48,000 nt of DNA, taken from Nostoc sp. NMS2. GTDB lineage: Bacteria; Cyanobacteriota; Cyanobacteriia; Cyanobacteriales; Nostocaceae. The stretch spans positions 1 to 48,000 of the forward strand of contig NZ_JABXKH010000156.1 in the NCBI RefSeq assembly GCF_017115105.1. The letters are read 5' to 3'. The translations under genes were made by a program, and so were the position numbers. The notes beneath the pieces were generated by a model. The model was given only the letters and a program-made list of their open reading frames with translations. It did no database searches and was not told where the DNA came from. Numbering within the stretch: position 1 is the first letter of the stretch; each line of letters opens with the position of its first letter. Shown here in pieces: positions 38,451 through 46,953 of this stretch.

Positions 38451-38937
38451 TAGGGCAAGCATCCTGCCATTGGTGTCAACTTAACGTGAAATCCTGGCAA
38501 TGCACGTTATATCAAGCCGACTCAATTACCAATTAAGTCTTCGGAACCCCACCCCGCTTTTGTCTAACGACAAAATCTCCCCTCCCCGTTCACCTATGGT
38601 GTACACACAAGTCTGCTAGAGTTGCGCCACAGGCTTTTGATCCCCCCTAACCCCCCTTAAAAAAGGGAGAACCGGAGTCAAAGTCCCCCTTTTTAAGGGG
38701 AGCCACTGCGGTCTTGGGGTCTCCCCAAGTGGAGCATCTGGCGTGGTTTCCCCCATGAGCGGGTGGCATGGATTCAGGGGGATCTTCAACGATTTTGGTT
38801 TTCTAGAAAGATGTGTGTACACCGTGGCCCCGTTCACGGGGAGGAGATTAAGGGGAGCATCTGGCGTGTGGGGTAAAATGACTGTGGGATAAGCGTTTGA
38901 ATTTAAGTTGACACCAATGGCATCTGTACGCCCCTAG
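38451..38937 (+). mobile_element. MITE-like element, copy A (terminal inverted repeats CCATTGGTGTCAACTTAA / TTAAGTTGACACCAATGG), carrying a nested insertion
   Basis: The left TIR core is at 38467-38484 and the right TIR core at 38903-38920. The extended ends TAGGGCAAGCATCCTG.. / ..CATCTGTACGCCCCTA are also inverted. The internal sequence is colinear with the reverse complement of 42608-42957. It has no coding capacity. Confidence 0.8.
38594..38827 (+). mobile_element. Nested 234-bp MITE-like insertion with 16-bp imperfect TIRs and a 10-bp target-site duplication
   Basis: The TIRs are CTATGGTGTACACACA (38594-38609) and TGTGTGTACACCGTGG (38812-38827). CCCCGTTCAC is duplicated at 38584-38593 and 38828-38837. 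Removing the insert plus one duplicate restores the hairpin CTCCCCGTTCACGGGGAG seen intact in copy B. Confidence 0.85.
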
Positions 38938-38943
38938 TGAAAA

Positions 38944-39678
38944 CTATTTAGCAGCGAAGTAGGCTTCTAATGCCTCAGAACCACCAATTAATTTACCATC
39001 GATAAATACTTGGGGAACTGTTGTCGCTCCTGTAACGGCTTGTAACGAGCGTGTGGTGACATCCTTACCCAAAGTAATTTCTTCGTAGTTAATGCCGTGT
39101 TCTTTGAGCATGGCTTTAGCACGCGCACAGAAGGGACAACCCACTTTCGCAAACAGAGAAACTAATTCGGGCTTCACTGCTTGGGGGTTGATGTATCTGA
39201 GCATTGTTTCAGCATCGGATACCTTAAAGGGATCTCCTGGCTCGTCTGGCTCAATAAACATTTGGTTAATGACACCATCTCTTACCAGCATAGAATAGCG
39301 CCACGATCGCTTACCAAAACCCAAGTCTGATTTATCTACTAGCATTCCCATGCCTTCAGTAAATTCACCATTGCCATCGGGAATTAGTGTAACATTTTCT
39401 GCTTCTTGATCCTTTGCCCATTCGTTCATAACAAAGGTATCGTTGACAGAAATACAGATAATGTCATCGACACCATTTTCTTTGAAAATCCCAGCCAACT
39501 CGTTATAACCAGGGAGATGAGTGGATGAACAAGTCGGAGTATAAGCACCTGGTAAGGAGAAGACAACCACTGTCTTATTAGCAAATAATTCATCGGTTGT
39601 CACATCCGCCCACTGGTTGTCCTTGCGAGTATGAAAAGTGACATTAGGAACTCTTTGTCCTCGACGATTCGTTACCAT
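38944..39678 (-). CDS. Hybrid peroxiredoxin (Prx5-type) - glutaredoxin fusion protein
   Basis: The N-terminal Prx5-like region has [19 protein letters not shown]. The C-terminal glutaredoxin has [10 protein letters not shown] and [14 protein letters not shown]. The track ORF starts at a TTG (39702). The ATG at 39678 ([15 protein letters not shown]) is preferred. Confidence 0.9.
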   Translation of the reverse strand: MVTNRRGQRVPNVTFHTRKDNQWADVTTDELFANKTVVVFSLPGAYTPTCSSTHLPGYNELAGIFKENGVDDIICISVNDTFVMNEWAKDQEAENVTLIPDGNGEFTEGMGMLVDKSDLGFGKRSWRYSMLVRDGVINQMFIEPDEPGDPFKVSDAETMLRYINPQAVKPELVSLFAKVGCPFCARAKAMLKEHGINYEEITLGKDVTTRSLQAVTGATTVPQVFIDGKLIGGSEALEAYFAAK

Positions 39679-39754
39679 GTTCTTGTTTCCTGAAGTAATC
39701 AATTCCAGTCATAACCTAGCATGGGAAGACTAGTATAATGTAATTATCAATCAG

Positions 39755-40684
39755 TTAAAAGGCTTCATTGATGAATGGTGCGATCGCTGCTACAAATTCA
39801 GCAGTGGATTCATAAGGCAAAACGTTACGCCCATTTATTTTTATACCTCGACTTTGAGGCAAACAGGCGAGGTAGTTAGCCAAACGCTCGTCTGGCGTTT
39901 CTTTTCTATTGTCTTGGCTAATACTCGATGCAGTTTCCCCCACAACCGCTAATGTTGGTTGCTGAATCGAGGCAATAAAATTAGTATAATCCTGTCGCCA
40001 AAACCCTGCTAAAAAAGAAAACACTGCATGGCGACTAGCAGGATTTGCTGCACCTGCAACTAATGTATTTAACCACTCTGCATCTACAGCACTCTCAGAA
40101 GCGAAGAGTTGGCGAGTCGAGAAAGAACGTAAAAACTTAGGAGTGCGTGCATAGCGATAAAAAGGAATCCCAAAAGGGGAATCTAACACATTCCAAAGAA
40201 ATTTTTGCTGCCATTCTGGTGGTTTATTTGTCATCAAAGCCCAAGTTGGAGGCCCAGAAAGTACAAGCCTGGAAATTAAGTTTGGTTCCTTTTGAACTAA
40301 TGCAATCGCAACTGGTAATAAAGCACCTTGTACTACTACAATAACAGGTTTCTGTACGACTGTTTGTAAAAAGTACTGCAACTGTTCTGCCCAATCACTA
40401 GGAGTATAAGCCAGATGAGGCATATCACTTTCGCCACATCCTAGTAAATCAGGGTTGTAAATTGAATTACGCTGACCTGAATTATACCATTCATGACAAA
40501 ATCGCTGCCAAAACTGCCGCGACAATCCGACACCAATAGGATGAATTAACAGTAAGGGAATCCCCTCAGATGTTATGTTAGTTGGTTGATGAATTTCGTA
40601 GGCGCAACGATAATTCTGCCAAGTGTAAAACTGGCTAGGAGATGCTGTCAAATTAGTTGTGTTAGTTACAGCAGATGGTTGCAT
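39755..40684 (-). CDS. Alpha/beta-hydrolase-fold protein, apparently lacking the nucleophile serine
   Basis: 309 aa with PLLLIHPIGVG and DLLGCGESD blocks typical of the fold. The nucleophile elbow position reads VVVQGALLP (no GxSxG), and I saw no clear C-terminal catalytic His motif. Confidence 0.7.
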   Translation of the reverse strand: MQPSAVTNTTNLTASPSQFYTWQNYRCAYEIHQPTNITSEGIPLLLIHPIGVGLSRQFWQRFCHEWYNSGQRNSIYNPDLLGCGESDMPHLAYTPSDWAEQLQYFLQTVVQKPVIVVVQGALLPVAIALVQKEPNLISRLVLSGPPTWALMTNKPPEWQQKFLWNVLDSPFGIPFYRYARTPKFLRSFSTRQLFASESAVDAEWLNTLVAGAANPASRHAVFSFLAGFWRQDYTNFIASIQQPTLAVVGETASSISQDNRKETPDERLANYLACLPQSRGIKINGRNVLPYESTAEFVAAIAPFINEAF

Positions 40685-40705
40685 AATTCCTAGTTTTAAT
40701 ACTTG

Positions 40706-41527
40706 CTAAAAAATCATCTGTGGATGAATTAACTGATATCCAGCTTCTTTCAGCTTTTCATTCGATACCCAAGCATTATATGGGCGGGTACTTTTGACAG
40801 AAGTATCCCATATAACTTTGGGTAAATGATGTTTTTCAAATAGACTATCTAGCAAGTCTCGGCTGGTGAGATGTGCATCATCTACCAGATTATAAATCCC
40901 TTGTAAACGACGGTTACGGGCAAATTCTATCGCACCAACAATATCATCTAGATGAATCCAATTGGTGATATCCTCACCGCCAGGACGGTTTGTACCAGCA
41001 TATCTGCTAAATATTTTTAACAGTTCCCTACCAGGGCCATAAATTCCTCCCAAGCGGAAGATACAAACGCGGAGATTTTCGCTAGATGCTGATAGCAAAA
41101 TATCTTCTGTTTTTCGGAGAATTTGGGCATTTAAATTAGCTGGTGCAAGTGGTGTTTCCTCATCTACCCATACACCATTTCTGTCACCATATACTGCATA
41201 GCTTCCTGTATATATTAATTGTTTTACACTCGGAATTTGCTGTAAAGATGAAACTAAATGTTGAGCAGTTTGGAGATAAGTTTCTTCATAAACTTCGCCA
41301 CCTTTTGCACCAACGCTCAAGAGTACAACATCTTGATTGTGCAAAACTGATTTTAGACTATCTAGGTCATTCCCGTAGGTAACGAAAACTCTTTGGGATA
41401 CTGATTTTAGTGCAGGGACACGCTCAGGAGAAGTTGTGGTTGTACTGACAACAAAATTCATTTCTTGCTGCCAATATTGAGCAACTTGATAACCAACATA
41501 ACCACAACCAATGATTGCAACGTTCAT
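40706..41527 (-). CDS. NAD(P)-binding SDR-family protein (epimerase/dehydratase-like)
   Basis: The Rossmann motif MNVAIIGCGYVG lies at the internal ATG (41527). The 44 extra N-terminal codons of the track ORF (to 41659) look non-coding. YTGSYAVYG and a later IHLDD are typical of extended or atypical SDRs. Confidence 0.8.
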   Translation of the reverse strand: MNVAIIGCGYVGYQVAQYWQQEMNFVVSTTTTSPERVPALKSVSQRVFVTYGNDLDSLKSVLHNQDVVLLSVGAKGGEVYEETYLQTAQHLVSSLQQIPSVKQLIYTGSYAVYGDRNGVWVDEETPLAPANLNAQILRKTEDILLSASSENLRVCIFRLGGIYGPGRELLKIFSRYAGTNRPGGEDITNWIHLDDIVGAIEFARNRRLQGIYNLVDDAHLTSRDLLDSLFEKHHLPKVIWDTSVKSTRPYNAWVSNEKLKEAGYQLIHPQMIF

Positions 41528-41662
41528 GACAAATTGACACAAATAAAATAAACTACTTATTGAGACAATATTCTTAACTAAGAAACTGGACGGAAATAAA
41601 TTTAACAGCCCAGAGCCAAAAATCAATACCAATAGTACAACCGAATGACCAATGACCAATGA

Positions 41663-42148
41663 CTATTTTGCTAATTCTTTCTCAATTATGGCAATTAACT
41701 CTGGTGAATTTGGCTGGATACTACTATTAAATCTAGCTATGACTTCACCTTTTTTATTAACTAAAAATTTTTCAAAGTTCCAAGCAACAGTTCCCGTTGG
41801 CTCAACAGCTTTGGTAAGTCGCTCATAAAGTGGATGCTGCTGTGAACCTTTGGCATGGACTTTATCAAATAGTTCAAAGGTAACACTATATTTACTAGTG
41901 CAGAACTGCACAATTTCTTCATTACTTCCTGGTTCCTGCGCTCCAAAATCGTTACAGGGGAACCCCAAAATACGTAATCCTGCTTCCCCATACTTTTGGT
42001 TCAACTTTTCTAGTCCCTCGTATTGAGAAGTATAACCGCAGTAGGAAGCTACATTCACAATTAAGAGTACCTTCCCGGTGTAGTTGTTTAATTGCTTCTC
42101 CTCACCGTTGATAGTCTTGACTGCGATATCCGAAATTGTGTTAATCAT
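41663..42148 (-). CDS. Glutathione peroxidase (Cys-type)
   Basis: 161 aa with VNVASYCGYT (peroxidatic Cys), LGFPCNDFGAQEPG and WNFEKFLV, the GPx signature blocks. Confidence 0.93.
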   Translation of the reverse strand: MINTISDIAVKTINGEEKQLNNYTGKVLLIVNVASYCGYTSQYEGLEKLNQKYGEAGLRILGFPCNDFGAQEPGSNEEIVQFCTSKYSVTFELFDKVHAKGSQQHPLYERLTKAVEPTGTVAWNFEKFLVNKKGEVIARFNSSIQPNSPELIAIIEKELAK

Positions 42149-42607
42149 CTTGAATCTGATTTATAGGGAATATTGCCAAGTCTCCCATATTACAGGTACT
42201 CTAAACCCTGTTTCTTTAAGGAAATTAGCTTTGTTAGCCTTGTTTGGGACTAAGATTCTGTTTAACTCAGGTGAGACGGCGAATGGGGAGTGGTGTATTT
42301 AAATTACTTGAAAAACGCTGTATAGCGATCGCCTGTGAGTTTACCTGAGTGATAACTCTTCTGTAATATATAGGATTTAGGCAAACAATAGTCAAAACTC
42401 TTATTCCCAGGTAGGGGCAATAGCCTGCGGGTACTCCGTTGAATAACTCATAGAGTAGCAGCTTTGCGTTGCGTAAGTCCTAATGTATATAGCTCGACAA
42501 TCTGTTGTCTCAGGATATATCTTGGAAATCTGCGTTACTTTTAATACATTTTTCATCGCATAAGATAAATTACAGTCAGTTAATTTCCTGTGGGGTGGGC
42601 CGAAAAG

Positions 42608-42957
42608 CCATTGGTGTCAACTTAAGTCAGAAAGCTCATTCCACAGTCATTTTACCCCACACGCCAGATGCTCTACTACAGCGCAACTCTTGGAGACGCT
42701 TTGCGTTAAGCGAAGCTATGCCGTTCGCGCAGCGTCTCGTAGAGAAGGCTTTACGCGCATCCTGCGGCGGGGGAGACCCCTGTTCCCGCACTGGCTCCCC
42801 TTAATCCCCTCCCCGTTCACGGGGAGGGGAGATTTTGTCGCTAGACAAAAGCGGGGTGGGGTTCCGAAGACTTAATTGGTAATTGAGTAGGCTTGATATA
42901 ACGCCATTGCGAGGGTTTCACGTTAAGTTGACATCAATGACATCTTGCTCGCCCTAA
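42608..42957 (-). mobile_element. MITE-like element, copy B (inverted relative to copy A), carrying a different 124-bp internal insertion
   Basis: The TIR cores are CCATTGGTGTCAACTTAA (42608-42625) and TTAAGTTGACATCAATGA (42923-42940). Its reverse complement aligns with copy A except for the insert at 42674-42797, which is flanked by GCTC on both sides, and the absence of the 38594-38827 insert. Confidence 0.8.
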
Positions 42958-43199
42958 ACATAAGGCGGGCAAGATGCCCGCCCTACAAGATTGGATAATT
43001 TATTTGTTGGAAATCCCTAAAGGAGAATTGCCGCTCTTCAACGCAGCTTTAAAGTAACAAATAATTAACTTTTTGTATAAAAAATTAATAACATTCAAGA
43101 TTGTCCTATGCTGACATCGGGAAATACTTAGCTATAAAGGATACGATTGCTTTATTTATTGCATCAGGAGCTATTTCTCATAAACATAATCAAAAAAAA

Positions 43200-43213
43200 G
43201 TATTCTAAGATAC
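43200..43213 (+). promoter_or_regulatory. Candidate NtcA binding site GTA-N8-TAC upstream of the ammonium transporter gene
   Basis: GTATTCTAAGATAC matches GTAN8TAC exactly and lies ~312 nt upstream of the amt ATG. The candidate -10 boxes (TAAATA at 43231, TAGACA at 43235) are imperfect in sequence or spacing. Confidence 0.3.
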
Positions 43214-43524
43214 AGTTTTTTTGGTTTGAGTAAATAGACAATCAATCAAATTTATCCGCTTAGGCATAAATTTACAAAGGTGAAACAAGAAGTAGTGTTG
43301 GAATTTTTGGGAAGGAATATTTATGTTGTTTCTCAATCAGAGTTTTTGATATTAGACAAAGTGTGTTCCAAGGAAAACAAATAACTGCACAGACAATGAG
43401 ATAATTATCTCCCGAAAGCCTACCTTGGCTAAAGCTTTATTTGGTCGGTCTAATTAAATTAATTGATTTTGCTAAGTCTATTACAAACAGAAATTACCAC
43501 TTTCTCCGTAGGAAAAAATAACCA

Positions 43525-44997
43525 ATGAATAAGCACATTCGACCCTGGCAACGTCTACTGGCGCTAGCAATCGGTTCAATGGTGTTTGCAGTTTTTGCCC
43601 CCACAATTGTACAAGCGGCAGATCCTCCAACTATTCAGTCTTTATCTGAAACTACAACGAAACTGCAAATTTCTATTGATACTACCTGGGTATTAATCAC
43701 CGGGTTTTTAGTATTCTTCATGCAAACCGGCTTTGCCATGTTAGAAGCAGGTTTGATTCGCCAAAGAGGTGTAGTTAACGCCTTACTAGAAAACTTTATT
43801 GATGCTGCTGTAACCATCTTAGTGTGGTGGGGAATAGGCTTTGGGATTGCTTTTGGTACAAGTGCTGGCGGGTTAGTTGGCATAGATACCTTTTTCCTGA
43901 GTCAGCTACCTGGTGCTGATGGTAGTTATCCATTGGGTGCGCCGGGTTCTACAGCCGCCATCAATACTTATGCCTTGTTTTTCTTCCAGTTTGCTTTTGC
44001 TGCTACGGCCAGTACAATCACCACTGGTTCAATGGCTGGAAGAACCGACTTTGTTGGTGACTTAATTTATAGCGCCATTATGGGGGCTATTAGTTACCCA
44101 CTTATCGTTCACTGGGTATGGAACTCCGGGGGATGGTTAGCCAAATTGAGTTATCACGACTTTGCTGGTAGTTCTGTTGTCCACAGTGTTGGTGGCTGGA
44201 CAGCACTGGTAGGTGCATATTTACTTGGCCCCCGTCCTGGTCGTCCAGCTTGGGGAACTCTACCACCAGCACACAATTTAGGGCTAGCAACTCTAGGAAC
44301 AATGATTCTGTGGTTTGGCTGGTACGGGTTTAACCCTGGTTCAACCCTCAGTACAGGTAATACGGGGTTGATTGGTTTGGTGACAGTCAATACCACCTTA
44401 GCCGCAGGTGCAGCCGCACTCTCAGCGATAATTTTCCAATATACTCGTACAGGTAAATGGGATTTAGTTTATTGTCTCAATGGTTCACTAGCAGGATTAG
44501 TGGCAATTACTGCTCCTTGCGCTTATGTTGCACCTTGGGCTTCAGTTTTGATTGGGTTAACGGGTGGTATTTTGGTTACTTTGGGAGTTGATTTGATTGA
44601 GTCGCTCCACATTGATGACCCGGTAGGAGCATTTGCCGTACACGGGATGAATGGGATGATGGGTACTCTCTCTGTTGGCTTCTTAGGTCAAGCAGAATTG
44701 ACCCTTAACAAAAAGGCAGGGTTGTTTTTAGGCGGCGGCTTTGATTTGTTAGGTATACAACTTTTGGGCGTAGTAGCGATCGCAGTTTTTACCGTCGCCT
44801 TTAGCTTTTTGATGTTTAGTGGTCTAAAAGCACTGGGACGACTACGTGTCGATCCCGAAGCCGATCGCATTGGAATCGATGCTTACGAACACGGCGCGTC
44901 AGTATGGCCTGATGTTTATGCGATCGAGCAATTTATTGAAGAAGAAGACAAAAATCGCATTAATACTCCTGGAGTTAGCCCCATCGATCGCAAATAG
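43525..44997 (+). CDS. amt: Ammonium transporter (Amt family) with N-terminal signal sequence
   Basis: 490 aa, about 11 TM helices. Amt blocks: FFMQTGFAMLEAGLIR, DFAGSSVVHSVGGWTALVGAYLLGPR, WFGWYGFNPGS, DDPVGAFAVHGMNG. Confidence 0.95.
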   Translation: MNKHIRPWQRLLALAIGSMVFAVFAPTIVQAADPPTIQSLSETTTKLQISIDTTWVLITGFLVFFMQTGFAMLEAGLIRQRGVVNALLENFIDAAVTILVWWGIGFGIAFGTSAGGLVGIDTFFLSQLPGADGSYPLGAPGSTAAINTYALFFFQFAFAATASTITTGSMAGRTDFVGDLIYSAIMGAISYPLIVHWVWNSGGWLAKLSYHDFAGSSVVHSVGGWTALVGAYLLGPRPGRPAWGTLPPAHNLGLATLGTMILWFGWYGFNPGSTLSTGNTGLIGLVTVNTTLAAGAAALSAIIFQYTRTGKWDLVYCLNGSLAGLVAITAPCAYVAPWASVLIGLTGGILVTLGVDLIESLHIDDPVGAFAVHGMNGMMGTLSVGFLGQAELTLNKKAGLFLGGGFDLLGIQLLGVVAIAVFTVAFSFLMFSGLKALGRLRVDPEADRIGIDAYEHGASVWPDVYAIEQFIEEEDKNRINTPGVSPIDRK

Positions 44998-45030
44998 AGC
45001 GAACAATCACGCTTTTAGCTGCAAAATAGT

Positions 45031-45070
45031 CGGGGAAAAGTAGAGGGTTTTATACCTCGTACTTTCCCCG
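45031..45070 (+). terminator. Putative terminator hairpin after amt
   Basis: CGGGGAAAAGTAGAGG...CCTCGTACTTTCCCCG is an imperfect long stem followed by CTTTCTGTCT. It begins 34 nt after the stop codon. Confidence 0.5.
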
Positions 45071-45119
45071 CTTTCTGTCTGAATTGATGCTTTATTAAGC
45101 AAGTTGGTGCGAAAATTTT

Positions 45120-45575
45120 ATGGTTATAAAATTGAGAGTTGGTATGCTGCTATTAGCAGTTGTAGGAAATCTGGCATGGTCATTGAGTGCCAAGGCAAAT
45201 TTTAACGGCAAACTCACCCTAGAAATTGATGGCTTAAAGAATAAAGAAGGAGAAGTCTGTGTCAGTATATTTGCTAGTAGTGAAGGATTTCCTAGCGATC
45301 GCGATCGCGGCTTACAAAAGCAGTGTACCAAGATTACTGACACTCCCTTACCCATTACCTTTGAGAACTTAAAAGCAGGTAGTTACGCCGTTGCTGTCTT
45401 CCACGATCAAAATAATGACCGCATTCTCAACAGTAATGTTTTTGGTATACCAAAAGAAGGCTTTGGATTTTCCAGAAATCCAGAAATTCGCACAGGTGCG
45501 CCCAAATTTAGCGAAGCAGCATTTTTAGTGGCAGGCCCAAACACTAATATCCAAATCCAGTTGAAATATTTTTAG
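45120..45575 (+). CDS. DUF2141-family secreted protein
   Basis: 151 aa with a signal-like N-terminus (LLLAVVGNLAWSLSAKA). The block YAVAVFHDQNNDRILNSNVFGIPKEGFGFSRN matches the DUF2141 pattern as I recall it. Confidence 0.75.
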   Translation: MVIKLRVGMLLLAVVGNLAWSLSAKANFNGKLTLEIDGLKNKEGEVCVSIFASSEGFPSDRDRGLQKQCTKITDTPLPITFENLKAGSYAVAVFHDQNNDRILNSNVFGIPKEGFGFSRNPEIRTGAPKFSEAAFLVAGPNTNIQIQLKYF

Positions 45576-45577
45576 AC

Positions 45578-46708
45578 TTATTCTTGTGAATCATTGTGTG
45601 AATCTTCTGGTAAACCTTGTTGTTCCGGCAAGCCACGCATTCGATTCATCTGAGTTAAAGCATATCGTGCCGTTGCTTGCACTTCGGCATCTGGGTCATC
45701 TAATGCATGGCGCAACATCTGACTCATTTGACCCATCATGTCATAAACGCGCGTCAAGTCTCGGATCGCATTTTGCCGTACTTGTGGACTTTCATCTTGC
45801 ATTGAAATTGCTAAACCCCGGTTCATCGGTTTGAGTGTGCGGATACCAATTTCTGCCAAAGCTGCCAAAATTAAGCTGCTTTCTTGAGAATCAGCATCAA
45901 TCATTAGGTCAACCATTGGCTGAATTGCCCGCGAATCTCCCTGCTGACCCAAATCCCAAATAGCCTTGCGTCGCTTCGTTGGTTCAGAACTGTGTAAGTC
46001 TTGAATTAATTCGTCAACGATATTGAGTTTAGCAAGCCGGGAAGTTTTTTCTGGCAGTAGTAATTGTGTGGCTAGCGGTGGCGTAGCTGTTTCTTGACTA
46101 GTTACAATCTCTGGTGGTGGTGGTATCATAGTTTTTCTGTTAGCTTCACTCAAACTTTTAGTATTTGATATTTCAGACTTTTGCACTTGTTTAATCTGAC
46201 GAAACCACCTCAGCAGGTAAATAAGTGCGCCAATACTTCCTAGAATTCCGATGGCAAATATAAACCACCAGACGAAACCTTTCTCAGGTGGCTTGGGTTT
46301 GGGAGTTGGATTAGGAAAAGTGACTATTGGAGAGGTGACAATCTGATTTTTGGCAACCAAAGCTGCTTGCAGGCTCCTCCTAGTCGCCAGACCAGCAATG
46401 CCATCTACTTTTAAACCTTTTGCTTTCTGGAATTTCGTTACAGCGATTTCCGTACTAGCGTTGTACTGTCCATCTACCACGCCATTGTAGTATCCCAACT
46501 GCTTTAATTGGGTTTGTAATCTCTGCACATCTGATTTTCGACTACCATATTTTAAAACAGACGGACTAGCGGCAACTGTCGAACTAGCTTGTGCAAGTTC
46601 TAAAATTTCAGGCGCTAGGTTAGGCGTGGCTGTACTTGCGCGATTTGGGTAAAAACCCACGCAAGAAAAACAGGTAAATATCAGAATTGAGGAACGGCAT
46701 AGCCTCAT
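45578..46708 (-). CDS. Membrane protein with peptidoglycan-binding domain, central TM helix and C-terminal HEAT-like repeats
   Basis: PG_binding_1-like segment: VQRLQTQLKQLGYYNGVVDGQYNASTEIAVTKFQKAKGLKVDGIAG. TM helix: FVWWFIFAIGILGSIGALIYLL. HEAT/PBS-lyase-like repeats: RRKAIWDLGQQGDSRAIQPMVDLM, VRQNAIRDL, VQATARYAL. The track ORF starts at a TTG (46756). The ATG at 46708 is preferred. Confidence 0.8.
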   Translation of the reverse strand: MRLCRSSILIFTCFSCVGFYPNRASTATPNLAPEILELAQASSTVAASPSVLKYGSRKSDVQRLQTQLKQLGYYNGVVDGQYNASTEIAVTKFQKAKGLKVDGIAGLATRRSLQAALVAKNQIVTSPIVTFPNPTPKPKPPEKGFVWWFIFAIGILGSIGALIYLLRWFRQIKQVQKSEISNTKSLSEANRKTMIPPPPEIVTSQETATPPLATQLLLPEKTSRLAKLNIVDELIQDLHSSEPTKRRKAIWDLGQQGDSRAIQPMVDLMIDADSQESSLILAALAEIGIRTLKPMNRGLAISMQDESPQVRQNAIRDLTRVYDMMGQMSQMLRHALDDPDAEVQATARYALTQMNRMRGLPEQQGLPEDSHNDSQE

Positions 46709-46786
46709 ATTGAAAGTTTCAGCCTGAACGTGCTTTTGAAGTCTTGGATACCACAATACCTTCTAGATGGACAAATGTTAACTGTC

Positions 46787-46814
46787 ATTGGGAATTGGGA
46801 ATTGGAAATTGGGC
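46787..46814 (+). repeat. Short heptamer array ATTGGGA ATTGGGA ATTGGAA ATTGGGC
   Basis: Read directly from the sequence. Four tandem units, the last two each with one mismatch. Confidence 0.9.
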
Positions 46815-46822
46815 ATGAAAAA

Positions 46823-46945
46823 GAGGCAGAGGGGCGGGAGCGGAGGGCAGGGGGAAAACTCTTTTCCCTTGCTCCCTGCTCCCTCATCTCCCGGTTGGTG
46901 AGCGAAGTCGAACCACATCTCCCTCATCTCCCCACTCCCCTAACG
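46823..46945. repeat. G/C-skewed palindromic small dispersed repeat (GGGAGCGGAGGGCAGGGGG..CCCTTGCTCCCTGCTCCC) followed by a GAGCGAAGTCGAA core
   Basis: An imperfect hairpin is visible. The core GAGCGAAGTCGAA (46900-46912) belongs to the same motif family seen at 25351-25366, 25399-25415 and 37708-37721. Confidence 0.6.
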
Positions 46946-46953
46946 ACTTAGGG

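Noticed and set aside
38167-38837. ORFs 38167-38406, 38291-38536 and 38616-38837
   Set aside because: They are translations of the 95-bp double-hairpin repeat and the MITE copies (PSPRYG..GEGLGDEG, PLKRGTLTPVLPFLRGVRGDQ). Both strands are open, and that is a repeat artefact.
42505-42875. ORFs 42505-42804 and 42690-42875
   Set aside because: They lie inside MITE copy B and its nested insert. They have no start context, and their sequence is shared with the non-coding copy A.
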